This document shows, piece by piece, positions 1-7,987 of a DNA stretch of 19,821 bases (its first letter is position 1; the number at the start of each line of letters is the position of its first letter). This DNA comes from Deinococcaceae bacterium (GTDB lineage: Bacteria; Deinococcota; Deinococci; Deinococcales; Trueperaceae), in assembly GCA_040256005.1 (NCBI GenBank), contig JBDZWC010000046.1, positions 1 to 19,821 on the forward strand, read 5' to 3'. The position numbers were made by a program, and so were the translations under genes. The notes below the pieces were generated by a model. That model had not been told where the DNA came from. It was given only the letters and a program-made list of their open reading frames with translations, and did no database searches.

Positions 1-15
1 GGGGGTAGTTCGCAT
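1..15 (-). CDS. possible 5' end of a gene running off the left edge (MRTTP...)
   Basis: On the minus strand, GGAGG (24-28) lies 8 nt before an ATG at 15. Only 5 codons are visible. Confidence 0.3.
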
Positions 16-53
16 GCGGTGCACCTCCGCACGCCACACTTCAACGCGACCCC

Positions 54-71
54 TTAAGCGGGTCTAAAGCG
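54..71. promoter_or_regulatory. candidate SARP/AfsR-type operator (two heptamers at 11-bp pitch)
   Basis: TTAAGCG (54-60) and TAAAGCG (65-71) are separated by 4 nt. They lie just downstream of the BTAD regulator and upstream of the putative gene start at 15. Confidence 0.3.
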
Positions 72-111
72 AGACCGAGGTTCCGGCCGGCCGCCACCTA
101 GACCAGCACCG

Positions 112-2994
112 CTAGAGCGCCACCTGCTGTCGGAGCTTCTGCGCCAGCCGGCGCGCCCAGGTGAGTGTCGCCGAGTGTGCCGAGGCCGACTCGAGAAGCT
201 CCGCCGCCTCGCTTGTACGGCCCTTGGCGAGTAGCACCTGGCCGAGGCGCACCACGGCGGTCTGCTGCGCTGGCTCGTCGCCGACGTACCTTGCCACCGA
301 AACGGCCTGCCTCGCGTGCGCCTCGGCCGCTACCAAGTCACCGGCCTCCATCTCGATCCAGCCGAGGGTGGCGAGCATGCCGCTCTCGAGACCGCGTTCT
401 CCACTGCTGACCACCATCCGCAGCGCCTGGTGCGCCTTCTCTCTGGCTTCTACGAACCGCCTCGCCTTGCACGCCAGGTTGGCGAGGTTGTGGAGCAGGA
501 CGGGCACCACCTGCTGGTAACCGTGTTCGTTGGCGAGCCGCAGTGCCTCCTCGAACCTCTCTACTGCCGTCTGCGGCGCGTCGCTGTTCATGTCGAGAGC
601 GCCCATGTTGAGGAGCTGGGTCACCACTCCGGACACGTTCCTCAACTCCCTGTTCGCGGCAAGCGCTTCTCGGTAGCGCTCGCGGGCACGGTCGTAGTCG
701 CCCACGGCCTGAGCCACCAAGCCGAGTCGACCGAGGAGCTCAGCCCTATACGTTGGGTCTTCCGACGCTCCGTCGAGGAGCTTCTCGTAGAGCTCTTGCG
801 CCGTCGCGTAGTCGCCTGCCCGGTAGTGTGAGCTGGCCAGGGCGTGATCGGCCACCCTGATCCCGCCGTGGTCATCGCAAGGAGCGAGCACGCTCCTCGC
901 CTCCACGCCGGCTTCGATAGCCGCTCGGTGATCTCCCAGCCGGGACAGTACCCACGCGAGTGACGCCAGCGCCCAGCCGCGCGCTCGATCGCATGGTTCG
1001 TTCGAGGGCCATGCGAACGCGGCCGCAGCTGACAGCAGGGTCTTACCCTCCTGCAACCGGGCGCGTAGGTCGGCGTAACGCATGAGAGGGAACGCCGCGC
1101 CAGAGATCAGTTCGGCCCGGCAAGTCCGGACGGCGTGTTGCCAGGCGCCGGCAATGTTCTCGAAGTCGGCATCGATGTCCTCCAGAACGCCGGGTCGTAG
1201 CAGACGCAGGTCGTCAGATCGCGCCTCCAAGCCGGTCAGGAAGTGCTCGGCATGGCGGTCGAGGACAGCCTTCTCTCTGGGCCGGTTGACCGCCAGCTTC
1301 TCCCTCGCGAAGCGAACCACCAGCGGATGCTGTGCGTAGCGGCCTTCGGCTCCCACCCTCAGGAGCGCGGCATCCACGAGGCGCGCCAGCTGAGGGAGCG
1401 TCAGACGCCCGACCTCACGAGCCTCCGACAGGGTGAACCCTCCAGCGAAGACGGACAGAGCGGCCAGGGCGCGTCTGTGCTGAGCATCGAGACGAGCCCA
1501 CGACCAGTCGAAGCTTGACCTGGCGCTCGCATGGCGCTGGCGCCCGGTCGTGTGGCTGCGGCGCAGGAGGTCGACGTTCGACTCGACCTCTTTCGCCAGC
1601 TCGCGGAGCGGCACCGCTCGCACCCAAGCGGCGGCCAGCTCTATGCCCAGGGGAGATCCGCCCACAGACCGGCACAGTCGCACGACGTCCGGCAACTGCT
1701 CGGGCGCCAACTCGAACCCGGCGTCGGCACGACGTGCTACTTGGACGAACAGCCGGATGGCGTCGAACGCGCCGGCGCCCTCGACCTCCGCGGATGCCGG
1801 CACCTGGAGGCCGTCGAGGAGGAACGCGACCTCCTCCTTGATGCCCAGCAGCTCACGGGAGGTGACCAGTACCGTGAGCCCCGGGGCGATCGCCAGCAGT
1901 CGTTCCAACGCCTGGGCCGCACCTTCGACCTGTTCGAGGTTGTCAAGCACGAGCAGCGTCCGGCCGGTAGGGAGGACGGACCGAAGGGCCTCGAGCCCGC
2001 GGTGCCCCAGCAAGCTGCTGCGACCCAGCGCTCGAGCCACCGCGTACGGCAGGGCCTCGGCGTCATGGATACCTTCCAGCTCGACGAACGCGACACCGTC
2101 TGGGAAAGGCGGCTCATCGGCCGCCTCCAGATCACCGATGACCTGCGCGGCCAGGCTCGTCTTGCCTATGCCTCCCGGGCCGTGAAGCGTGACGAGCCGC
2201 GCATCGCTGCCGATCAGAAGCCGCTGCAGCTCCAAACGCTCCGGCTCTCGGCCGATGAGCCCACGCGACCGTGGTGGCGGTGGCAGGTGGGCGGCTTGCT
2301 CAGCCTCGCCAACGGGTTCGTTCGCCAGTGGCTCGGGTGAGGCCGCACCTTCCGAAGCGAGCACCACCCCCAGCTCCTCGACCTCCTTAAGTACATCAGT
2401 GGACGAAGGATGCCTTGCCGACGCCAGCAGCGCGTGTACCCGCTGCAGAGTGACTGCGTCCGCCGGTGCAGCCCCCGGCACGCGGTAGGCGGCGTCCGCC
2501 AGCCGGGCGGCGGCCCGCGTCATTCCCGTCGGATCGGCCGCCTGTGACGGTCGCCCGGCAACGGCTGCCTCGGCCCAGCGCAGCAACGCGCTCCTGTACC
2601 TCTCTGCGGTGGACTCCCGTCGACCCAGCACCCACTCCTCGAGCTCGGCACCGAGCTCGCCGCTCTCCACGCCGAGAAGGAACGGACCGCGGTAGAGCTT
2701 GGCCGCCAACGCCTCGTCGCCGTCCGCAAGGGCGGAGAGGAACTCCTGAGCGTCGGTGGCGATCTTGGCTCCCACTCTGTCTGCGTCGGCTTCGAGAACA
2801 CCGGGCAGGCAGCCGCGCAAGGCACTGAGGGCGACCGAAAGGTTGCTGAGCGGCCGGGGGGACTGCGGCCAGAAGAGCCTGGCGAGCGAAGAGCGGGAAG
2901 TGCTGCCTTCCAGCGCCAGGTAGGTCAGTAGCAGTAGGAGCTTGGGCTGACGGACCTCGCCCAGCGGGCGCAAGCCACCCAGCGTGTGCAGCAT
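112..2994 (-). CDS. AfsR/SARP-like transcriptional regulator: wHTH + BTAD-like + NB-ARC/STAND ATPase + TPR repeats (~960 aa)
   Basis: N-terminus KLLLLLTYLALEG..SRSSLARLFWP..NLSVALSALR, then BTAD-like LYRGPFL..ELEEWV. Walker A GPGGIGKT (2158-2181), Walker B LLVLDNLE, VLVTSRE, GxP motif GSPLGIELAAAW, and C-terminal TPR-like helices (GDYDRARERYREAL). Start set at ATG 2994, 5 nt after TACAAT. Confidence 0.9.
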   Translation of the reverse strand: MLHTLGGLRPLGEVRQPKLLLLLTYLALEGSTSRSSLARLFWPQSPRPLSNLSVALSALRGCLPGVLEADADRVGAKIATDAQEFLSALADGDEALAAKLYRGPFLLGVESGELGAELEEWVLGRRESTAERYRSALLRWAEAAVAGRPSQAADPTGMTRAAARLADAAYRVPGAAPADAVTLQRVHALLASARHPSSTDVLKEVEELGVVLASEGAASPEPLANEPVGEAEQAAHLPPPPRSRGLIGREPERLELQRLLIGSDARLVTLHGPGGIGKTSLAAQVIGDLEAADEPPFPDGVAFVELEGIHDAEALPYAVARALGRSSLLGHRGLEALRSVLPTGRTLLVLDNLEQVEGAAQALERLLAIAPGLTVLVTSRELLGIKEEVAFLLDGLQVPASAEVEGAGAFDAIRLFVQVARRADAGFELAPEQLPDVVRLCRSVGGSPLGIELAAAWVRAVPLRELAKEVESNVDLLRRSHTTGRQRHASARSSFDWSWARLDAQHRRALAALSVFAGGFTLSEAREVGRLTLPQLARLVDAALLRVGAEGRYAQHPLVVRFAREKLAVNRPREKAVLDRHAEHFLTGLEARSDDLRLLRPGVLEDIDADFENIAGAWQHAVRTCRAELISGAAFPLMRYADLRARLQEGKTLLSAAAAFAWPSNEPCDRARGWALASLAWVLSRLGDHRAAIEAGVEARSVLAPCDDHGGIRVADHALASSHYRAGDYATAQELYEKLLDGASEDPTYRAELLGRLGLVAQAVGDYDRARERYREALAANRELRNVSGVVTQLLNMGALDMNSDAPQTAVERFEEALRLANEHGYQQVVPVLLHNLANLACKARRFVEAREKAHQALRMVVSSGERGLESGMLATLGWIEMEAGDLVAAEAHARQAVSVARYVGDEPAQQTAVVRLGQVLLAKGRTSEAAELLESASAHSATLTWARRLAQKLRQQVAL

Positions 2995-2999
2995 GTCGG

Positions 3000-3005
3000 A
3001 TTGTA
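3000..3005 (-). promoter_or_regulatory. -10 box TACAAT, probable leaderless promoter of the regulator
   Basis: TACAAT-5 nt-ATG(2994), with no SD. Confidence 0.55.
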
Positions 3006-3133
3006 TCGGCCGTGGCGGAACGAGCGCCCCGGCAGTAGAGTCTGGCCACGGCCCACAGCCTCCTCCTCGACCACGTGCGGGCGTAGCTTCGGCGCGGTTG
3101 TGCAGCCGTGACCGCGAGCCATCAGGAGGTCTT

Positions 3134-4015
3134 ATGAGCGCCAAAGGCACTATCGCGGTGCTGGGTGCGACCGGTCGCATGGGGGGCGCTACCGCCCGGC
3201 ATCTCCTCGCGGACGGCTGGCAGGTAAGGGCGGTCACCCGCAAGCCGGACGGTCCCAGGGCCAGGGCGCTGGCGGCCGCGGGCGCCCAGGTCGTCAGGGC
3301 CGACATGGAAGATCGCGTCTCGTTGGGAGCGGCCTTCGGGGATGCCCACGGTGTTTTCAACGTCCAGAACCCCATGAAGAGCGGCCTGGAGGCCGAGATG
3401 CGGCAAGGCAAGAACGTGGCCGATGTCGCGGCCGAGGCGGGTGTGCGCCACGTCGTGTACGGTTCGGCCGGCGTGGGCAGGTCCGGCACCGGGGTAGGGC
3501 AATGGGAGTCCAAGCAGCGCATCAAGGACCACATGGTGTCGCACGGTCTGCCGCTCACCGTCCTGCGCCCCATGGCCCTCATGGAGCTGATGACAGACAA
3601 GGACTTCTACCCGGCGCTCTCTATGTGGCACACCATGGCCAACCTGGCGGGGCCGGACACGAAGATCGTGTGGCTGGCGGCCGACGACCTAGGTCGGATC
3701 GCGGCTAGGGCCTTCGCCGACCCGGAGCGGTTAATAGGGAAGGACATGGCTCTGGCCAGCGACGTCAAGTCGGTAGAGGAGTGCCGCACACTTTACCGGT
3801 CAGTCACGGGCCACGCACCGCGGCGCGTCCGCCTGCCGGTATGGATGTTCGAGCGCATGGCAGGCAAGGACCTCACGGCCATGTGGCGCTGGTTGAACAC
3901 GGCTGACCTGGACCTCGATGTGTCGCCCACGCTCGCGATCCTCCCCGGAGCCTTGACCGTGAAGCAGTGGCTACAGAAGCGCTTCGGTGGGCAGGCAGAG
4001 GCGCGCGCCGCCTGA
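3134..4015 (+). CDS. NmrA/HSCARG-family NAD(P)-binding protein (atypical SDR, 293 aa)
   Basis: Rossmann motif IAVLGATGRMGG, plus VRAVTRKP, GKNVADVAAEAGVRHVVYGS, WESK and TVLRP. SD AGGAGGT at 3124-3130 before ATG 3134. Confidence 0.9.
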   Translation: MSAKGTIAVLGATGRMGGATARHLLADGWQVRAVTRKPDGPRARALAAAGAQVVRADMEDRVSLGAAFGDAHGVFNVQNPMKSGLEAEMRQGKNVADVAAEAGVRHVVYGSAGVGRSGTGVGQWESKQRIKDHMVSHGLPLTVLRPMALMELMTDKDFYPALSMWHTMANLAGPDTKIVWLAADDLGRIAARAFADPERLIGKDMALASDVKSVEECRTLYRSVTGHAPRRVRLPVWMFERMAGKDLTAMWRWLNTADLDLDVSPTLAILPGALTVKQWLQKRFGGQAEARAA

Positions 4016-4045
4016 AGACTCTCCCTGCTGCTAGCGTCTACGGCG

Positions 4046-4672
4046 ATGGACCCGAGTCACGAGAGATACGGGGAGGCGTTGGACCGCTTTCTGGACAGTC
4101 GGCCGGCTCCTCAGACACCGCTGGCGGTCGCTGTGATCACGCGGCCGGGAGCCGCGCCCCTCGTTAGGTTCCGGCCCCAAGACGTGGCGTCGGAACCCCG
4201 TTTTCTCATCTACAGCATCACGAAGACGTTTCTGGCGGCGCTGTTCCTGCTGCTCGAGGAGAGCCGGGCCCTCTCTCTCGACGACGCGTTGGCCCGCTGG
4301 CAGCCGAGGGTGACGAGGGCCGGGGACATCACCCTCCGAGCCTTGCTGCGCCATACGGCCGGCATCCCGGATTACGGTGGGCTATCCGCCTACCACCATG
4401 CGGTGCGCGAGTCGCCGTCGACCGCCTGGACTTTCGAGCGGTTCGCGGCTGAAACGTACGAGAAGGGCCTGATGTTCGAGCCCGGGGAGGGTTGGGCGTA
4501 CTCGAACCCCGGCTACATTCTGTTGCCGAGACTGGGAGGCGTGACGGCTTGCGTGATCGGCGCCGAGGCTGCCGGGTTCTCTGCCGAGCAAGTCGTGTTC
4601 GCGATATTCGACGCGTTGGCTAGGGAGCGCGCCGCGGGTCCTCGGCCCGCAGCACGGCGAGGAGCACCCTGA
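4046..4672 (+). CDS. serine hydrolase (beta-lactamase/AmpC/PBP-like family), short and probably internally deleted
   Basis: SxxK (YSITK, Ser57), LLRHTAGIPD and PGEGWAYSNPGY (YxN, Tyr152). Only 208 aa, with no H/K-T/S-G third motif. TAGCGT box 8 nt upstream. Confidence 0.75.
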   Translation: MDPSHERYGEALDRFLDSRPAPQTPLAVAVITRPGAAPLVRFRPQDVASEPRFLIYSITKTFLAALFLLLEESRALSLDDALARWQPRVTRAGDITLRALLRHTAGIPDYGGLSAYHHAVRESPSTAWTFERFAAETYEKGLMFEPGEGWAYSNPGYILLPRLGGVTACVIGAEAAGFSAEQVVFAIFDALARERAAGPRPAARRGAP

Positions 4673-6578
4673 AGAGGAGCGTCATCGCGATGAACAGGCC
4701 GATCCAACCGAGGACCTCGTAGAGCCCTACCCCGAACCATGGGAAGGTCAGGCTGGAGGGCAGGCCCAGCAACATCACCGAGACGACCCCAGTCCCGAAG
4801 CTGAGCAGCGCCAGTAGGAACCGGTTGACGAGCCTCTCCAGGAACCAGCGATCGTCTTCGTCCCCCAGTAGACGCACCCGTACCGACAGTCGCCCGTGCT
4901 CCGCCATCGCGGCCAGCCGGTCCACGTGGCGCGGCAGACGGGTCAGAAGAGGCGCCAGGTCGGCCCACTCCTGCTTCACGTAGTCGGCCACGGAACCAGG
5001 CAATAGGCGCCTCTGGAACTCGGCGCCGCCTTGCTCGGCGATCTTGTCGATGACGGGGTAGCCGGGGTGGAGTTGCTCCAGCGTGCCCATCAGGGTCGAC
5101 AACGCGCGGAACATCGCGCTCGTCGAAGCTGGCAATCGAAGACCCAGATCCAACGTCAACCTCAGGAGGTCGGTGAGCGCCCTGGCTGGCGGCAGGCCGG
5201 GACCGAGGTAGGCGGCCATGAACCGTGCCAGTGCCCGCTCGATCACCTCCGGTTCGTGGACTCGTTGATCGACGGCGCCGATAGTGACCATGGACTCGTA
5301 GAGCAGTGTCGGCTGCTCCTGCCTGAGCGCGAGCAACATCTGGAACACAGCGGCGCGCTCGAAGGCGTCGAGCCTGTTGCTGATGCCCATGTCGATGAGC
5401 CCGAGGCCGCCTTCGTCGAGCAGCAGGACGTTCCCCGGATGTGGGTCACCGTGGAAGCGGTCCCCCTGCAACATCGCCTGGAGCTGAGAACTGCACAGCG
5501 CGTCTGCCAGAGCCAGCGAATCCGGGACGACGCTCCGGTCCGGCAGCTGGGCCAGGGTAGGACCGGTCAACCGCTCCATGACGAGGAGGCCCGGCCGGGT
5601 GAGCTGCTGGTGGACCGCTGGGACATGCAGTAGCGGCTCGTTCGCCACGGCCTCGGAGATCTCGGCGACGTTGCGGGCTTCGATGGTGAAGTCGAGCTCG
5701 CCCAGCAGCGCGTCCGCGAACTCGCGTGCCAGCGAAACCACGCCCAAGCGGTGGGCCCAGGCGAACCGGCGCTCGGTCGTACGAGCCAGCCAACCGAGGA
5801 TGGCGAGGTCCTCGTCTATGACACGCTCGAGTCCCGGACGCCTCACCTTGACCACGACCTGGGAGCCGTCTGTCAACGTTGCCGAGTGTGCTTGAGCTAT
5901 GGAAGCCGAGCCGAGAGGCGCCCACTCGAACCTGGTGAAGGCGTCGGTCATGGGACGGCCCAGCTGAAGCTCGACCTGCTTCTGGATCACGTCTCGTGGC
6001 AGGGGTGCCACCGAGGTCTGAAGCTTGGCGAGTTCACCCAACGCTTCCGGTGGGAGCAGGTCGGGGCGCGTCGCCAGCAACTGCCCTAGCTTGATGAACA
6101 CGCCGCCCGCCTCCTCGAACGCGCGCCTGGCGCGTGCCGCGAGGTCGCGCGGGTCCAAGGTCGCCCCCCGCCCACTGCTCCACCCGACGAGAGGTGCCAA
6201 CCCGTGGCGCGCGAGGATGCGTGAGACCTGCAATGCTCGGGCGTACAGTCTTGGTCGCGTGGCCAGGCGCCCCGTGCGGCGGCCGCTGGGCGCATCTCGC
6301 GACCGCCGCCCGAAGACAAGCTCCAACACGACGATGGCGCCCATGGTCCCGACGACCCTGAACGGGAGGGAGACGAGTTGCAGCTGGTGGAAGTCGACGG
6401 TCTGGACCTCGCTGGCGTCCCGGGCCAGCAGGAACAGAGCCGTCGCGTCTCCCACGGCGATCCCGCCCAACGCCGCCAGCAGTAGCCGGCCCCAACCGAG
6501 CTCGCGCGCGTCGAGCAGGGCCCGGCCGACCCAGGCCGTCGCCACTACGACGAGAAGGCTGAAGATGACGTCCAGCAC
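4620..6578 (-). CDS. ABC1/AarF/UbiB-family atypical kinase with N- and C-terminal membrane segments
   Basis: FIKLGQLLATRPDLLP, PLGSASIAQAH, VVVKVRRPG, ELDF, FHGDPHPGNV, LIDMG. About 3 hydrophobic helices at the N-terminus and 2 at the C-terminus. GTG start 6 nt after TAGGCT (6585-6590). Confidence 0.9.
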   Translation of the reverse strand: MLDVIFSLLVVVATAWVGRALLDARELGWGRLLLAALGGIAVGDATALFLLARDASEVQTVDFHQLQLVSLPFRVVGTMGAIVVLELVFGRRSRDAPSGRRTGRLATRPRLYARALQVSRILARHGLAPLVGWSSGRGATLDPRDLAARARRAFEEAGGVFIKLGQLLATRPDLLPPEALGELAKLQTSVAPLPRDVIQKQVELQLGRPMTDAFTRFEWAPLGSASIAQAHSATLTDGSQVVVKVRRPGLERVIDEDLAILGWLARTTERRFAWAHRLGVVSLAREFADALLGELDFTIEARNVAEISEAVANEPLLHVPAVHQQLTRPGLLVMERLTGPTLAQLPDRSVVPDSLALADALCSSQLQAMLQGDRFHGDPHPGNVLLLDEGGLGLIDMGISNRLDAFERAAVFQMLLALRQEQPTLLYESMVTIGAVDQRVHEPEVIERALARFMAAYLGPGLPPARALTDLLRLTLDLGLRLPASTSAMFRALSTLMGTLEQLHPGYPVIDKIAEQGGAEFQRRLLPGSVADYVKQEWADLAPLLTRLPRHVDRLAAMAEHGRLSVRVRLLGDEDDRWFLERLVNRFLLALLSFGTGVVSVMLLGLPSSLTFPWFGVGLYEVLGWIGLFIAMTLLFRVLLAVLRAEDPRRAP

Positions 6579-6584
6579 GTTGGG

Positions 6585-6691
6585 AGCCTAGTACGAGGGG
6601 CCGGCGGCGACCGCTCGTCGCCCTACGCGCCTCCGGCGAGCGCCACTACGATCTAAGGCGGAGGCGTGTCTCTCGGGGACCGGGTTAGGGT
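6585..6691. promoter_or_regulatory. divergent promoter region of the kinase and ybjQ, with two leaderless -10 boxes and inverted repeats
   Basis: TAGGCT (minus, 6585-6590) and TAGGGT (plus, 6686-6691) are each 6 nt from a start codon. Hairpin GGCGAC/GTCGCC at 6606-6622 and a 10/11 inverted repeat at 6625-6635/6659-6669. Confidence 0.5.
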
Positions 6692-6697
6692 CGCACC

Positions 6698-7021
6698 ATG
6701 ATCGTCTCCACGACACCAACCATCGAAGGGCGCCCGGCACGCGAGTACCTCGGACTGGTCACCGGCGAGACAATCCTGGGCGCCAACATCCTGCGCGACT
6801 TCATGGCCGGCATCCGCGACATCATCGGTGGCAGGAGCGGCGCGTATGAACAGAGCCTGCGGGAAGCGAAGGACAACGCGATCGCCGAGATGGTCCAGGC
6901 GGCACGGGCGCTGGGGGCAGACGCCATCCTCAGCGTCGACCTCGACTACGAGAGCATCTCGGTGGGGCAGGGCGGCGGCATGCTCATGGTCACGGCCTCC
7001 GGCACCGCTGTGAAGCTGTAA
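6698..7021 (+). CDS. ybjQ: YbjQ/UPF0145 family protein (putative heavy-metal-binding)
   Basis: Family-typical sequence [62 protein letters not shown], 107 aa. Confidence 0.93.
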   Translation: MIVSTTPTIEGRPAREYLGLVTGETILGANILRDFMAGIRDIIGGRSGAYEQSLREAKDNAIAEMVQAARALGADAILSVDLDYESISVGQGGGMLMVTASGTAVKL

Positions 7022-7111
7022 CGAGACGCTGTCTGCGCGCGCCGGCGCGGAGAGCGGCCGAACGTCTGGGCGACACGACGAGTCCCGACTCGCCAAGACA
7101 ATGGCGGGACC

Positions 7112-7960
7112 ATGCGGGCTGGTCGTCGAGTGCTGGGTCTCCTGGTCGTTGCGGGCGCAGCGCTGTGGCTTGGCGCCGGCTGCGACGAGTCGGGGGACGA
7201 GGCCGGTGCCGGCGACGCCAGCGAGGAGGCAGTGAGTAGCGGCGGATCGAACGACCATGTCGCGGTTGTAGAGCCGGATCCGGGACCCCACGCACCGCGA
7301 GGCCCAGGCGATGCCGATGAGCGTGACCGCTACCTGCTTCCCGATCTGCGCTTGCTCGAGCCCTCCTCGTTCTACCTGGTTGACCAGCGCCCGTCAGGAG
7401 ACCGCCGGCTCAAGTTCACGACGACGATCTGGAACGCGGGCCCTGGGCCTGTGGAGGTAAGAGGTCACCAGGACCCTGCGACCAACGAAGTGGCGGTGCA
7501 GCAGGTCCTCCACGCCCAAGACGGCTCTATGTTCCCTGGTGACTTCGTGGGCACGTTCCAGTTCGATCACCGGCACGGGCACCTCCACCTGGCGGGCTTC
7601 GCACGCTACGAGCTGTGGTCGGTGGGACCGGAAGGCCAGTTGACCGAGCTGGTAGCCCAGAACGAGAAGGTCGGCTTCTGCCTCATGGACAACATCATGG
7701 TGGACGAGGGCATGGCCGGCGAACCGGTCTATCCCATCGACTGCGAGGCCGAGGTGCAGGGCATCTCACCCGGCTACGGCGACGTCTACGTGGCGCAGCT
7801 CTACGAGCAGGACATCGTCATCTCTGGTCTACCCGACGGCCGCTACGCCCTGGTCAACGTGGCCAACCCCGAACGCGACATCCTCGAAGCCGACTACGAG
7901 AACAACGTGCAGACGGTGTACCTGACCATCAGCGGTCGGCGCGTCATACCGGACCGATAG
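7112..7960 (+). CDS. lysyl oxidase (LOX)-family protein, predicted exported lipoprotein
   Basis: LPDL, LKFTTTIWNAGPGP, His cluster HRHGHLH (7568-7588), FARYEL, EKVGFCLMD, QGISPGYGDVY, I.ISGLPDGRY.L and NPERDILEADYENN match the LOX catalytic-domain motif order. Signal peptide ends in LGAG-C24. Confidence 0.85.
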   Translation: MRAGRRVLGLLVVAGAALWLGAGCDESGDEAGAGDASEEAVSSGGSNDHVAVVEPDPGPHAPRGPGDADERDRYLLPDLRLLEPSSFYLVDQRPSGDRRLKFTTTIWNAGPGPVEVRGHQDPATNEVAVQQVLHAQDGSMFPGDFVGTFQFDHRHGHLHLAGFARYELWSVGPEGQLTELVAQNEKVGFCLMDNIMVDEGMAGEPVYPIDCEAEVQGISPGYGDVYVAQLYEQDIVISGLPDGRYALVNVANPERDILEADYENNVQTVYLTISGRRVIPDR

Positions 7961-7987
7961 CCACGGCCCGGGGCGGTAGGGTTCGGC

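Noticed and set aside
1..110. Structured ncRNA or riboswitch at the left edge
   Set aside because: Only short stems and no family I can recognise. An Rfam cmscan on the extended contig would be needed.
112..2994. Avs-type antiphage STAND system
   Set aside because: The N-terminus is wHTH/BTAD-like rather than a nuclease, TIR or SIR2 effector, and there are no defence genes nearby.
2984..3133. 50-aa extension of the NmrA ORF
   Set aside because: A strong SD precedes ATG 3134 and the Rossmann motif starts immediately after it.
2995..3600. 202-aa N-terminal extension of the 1162-aa ORF
   Set aside because: It is mostly the antisense shadow of the nmrA-like gene. Recognisable domains start at Met203, which follows a -10 box.
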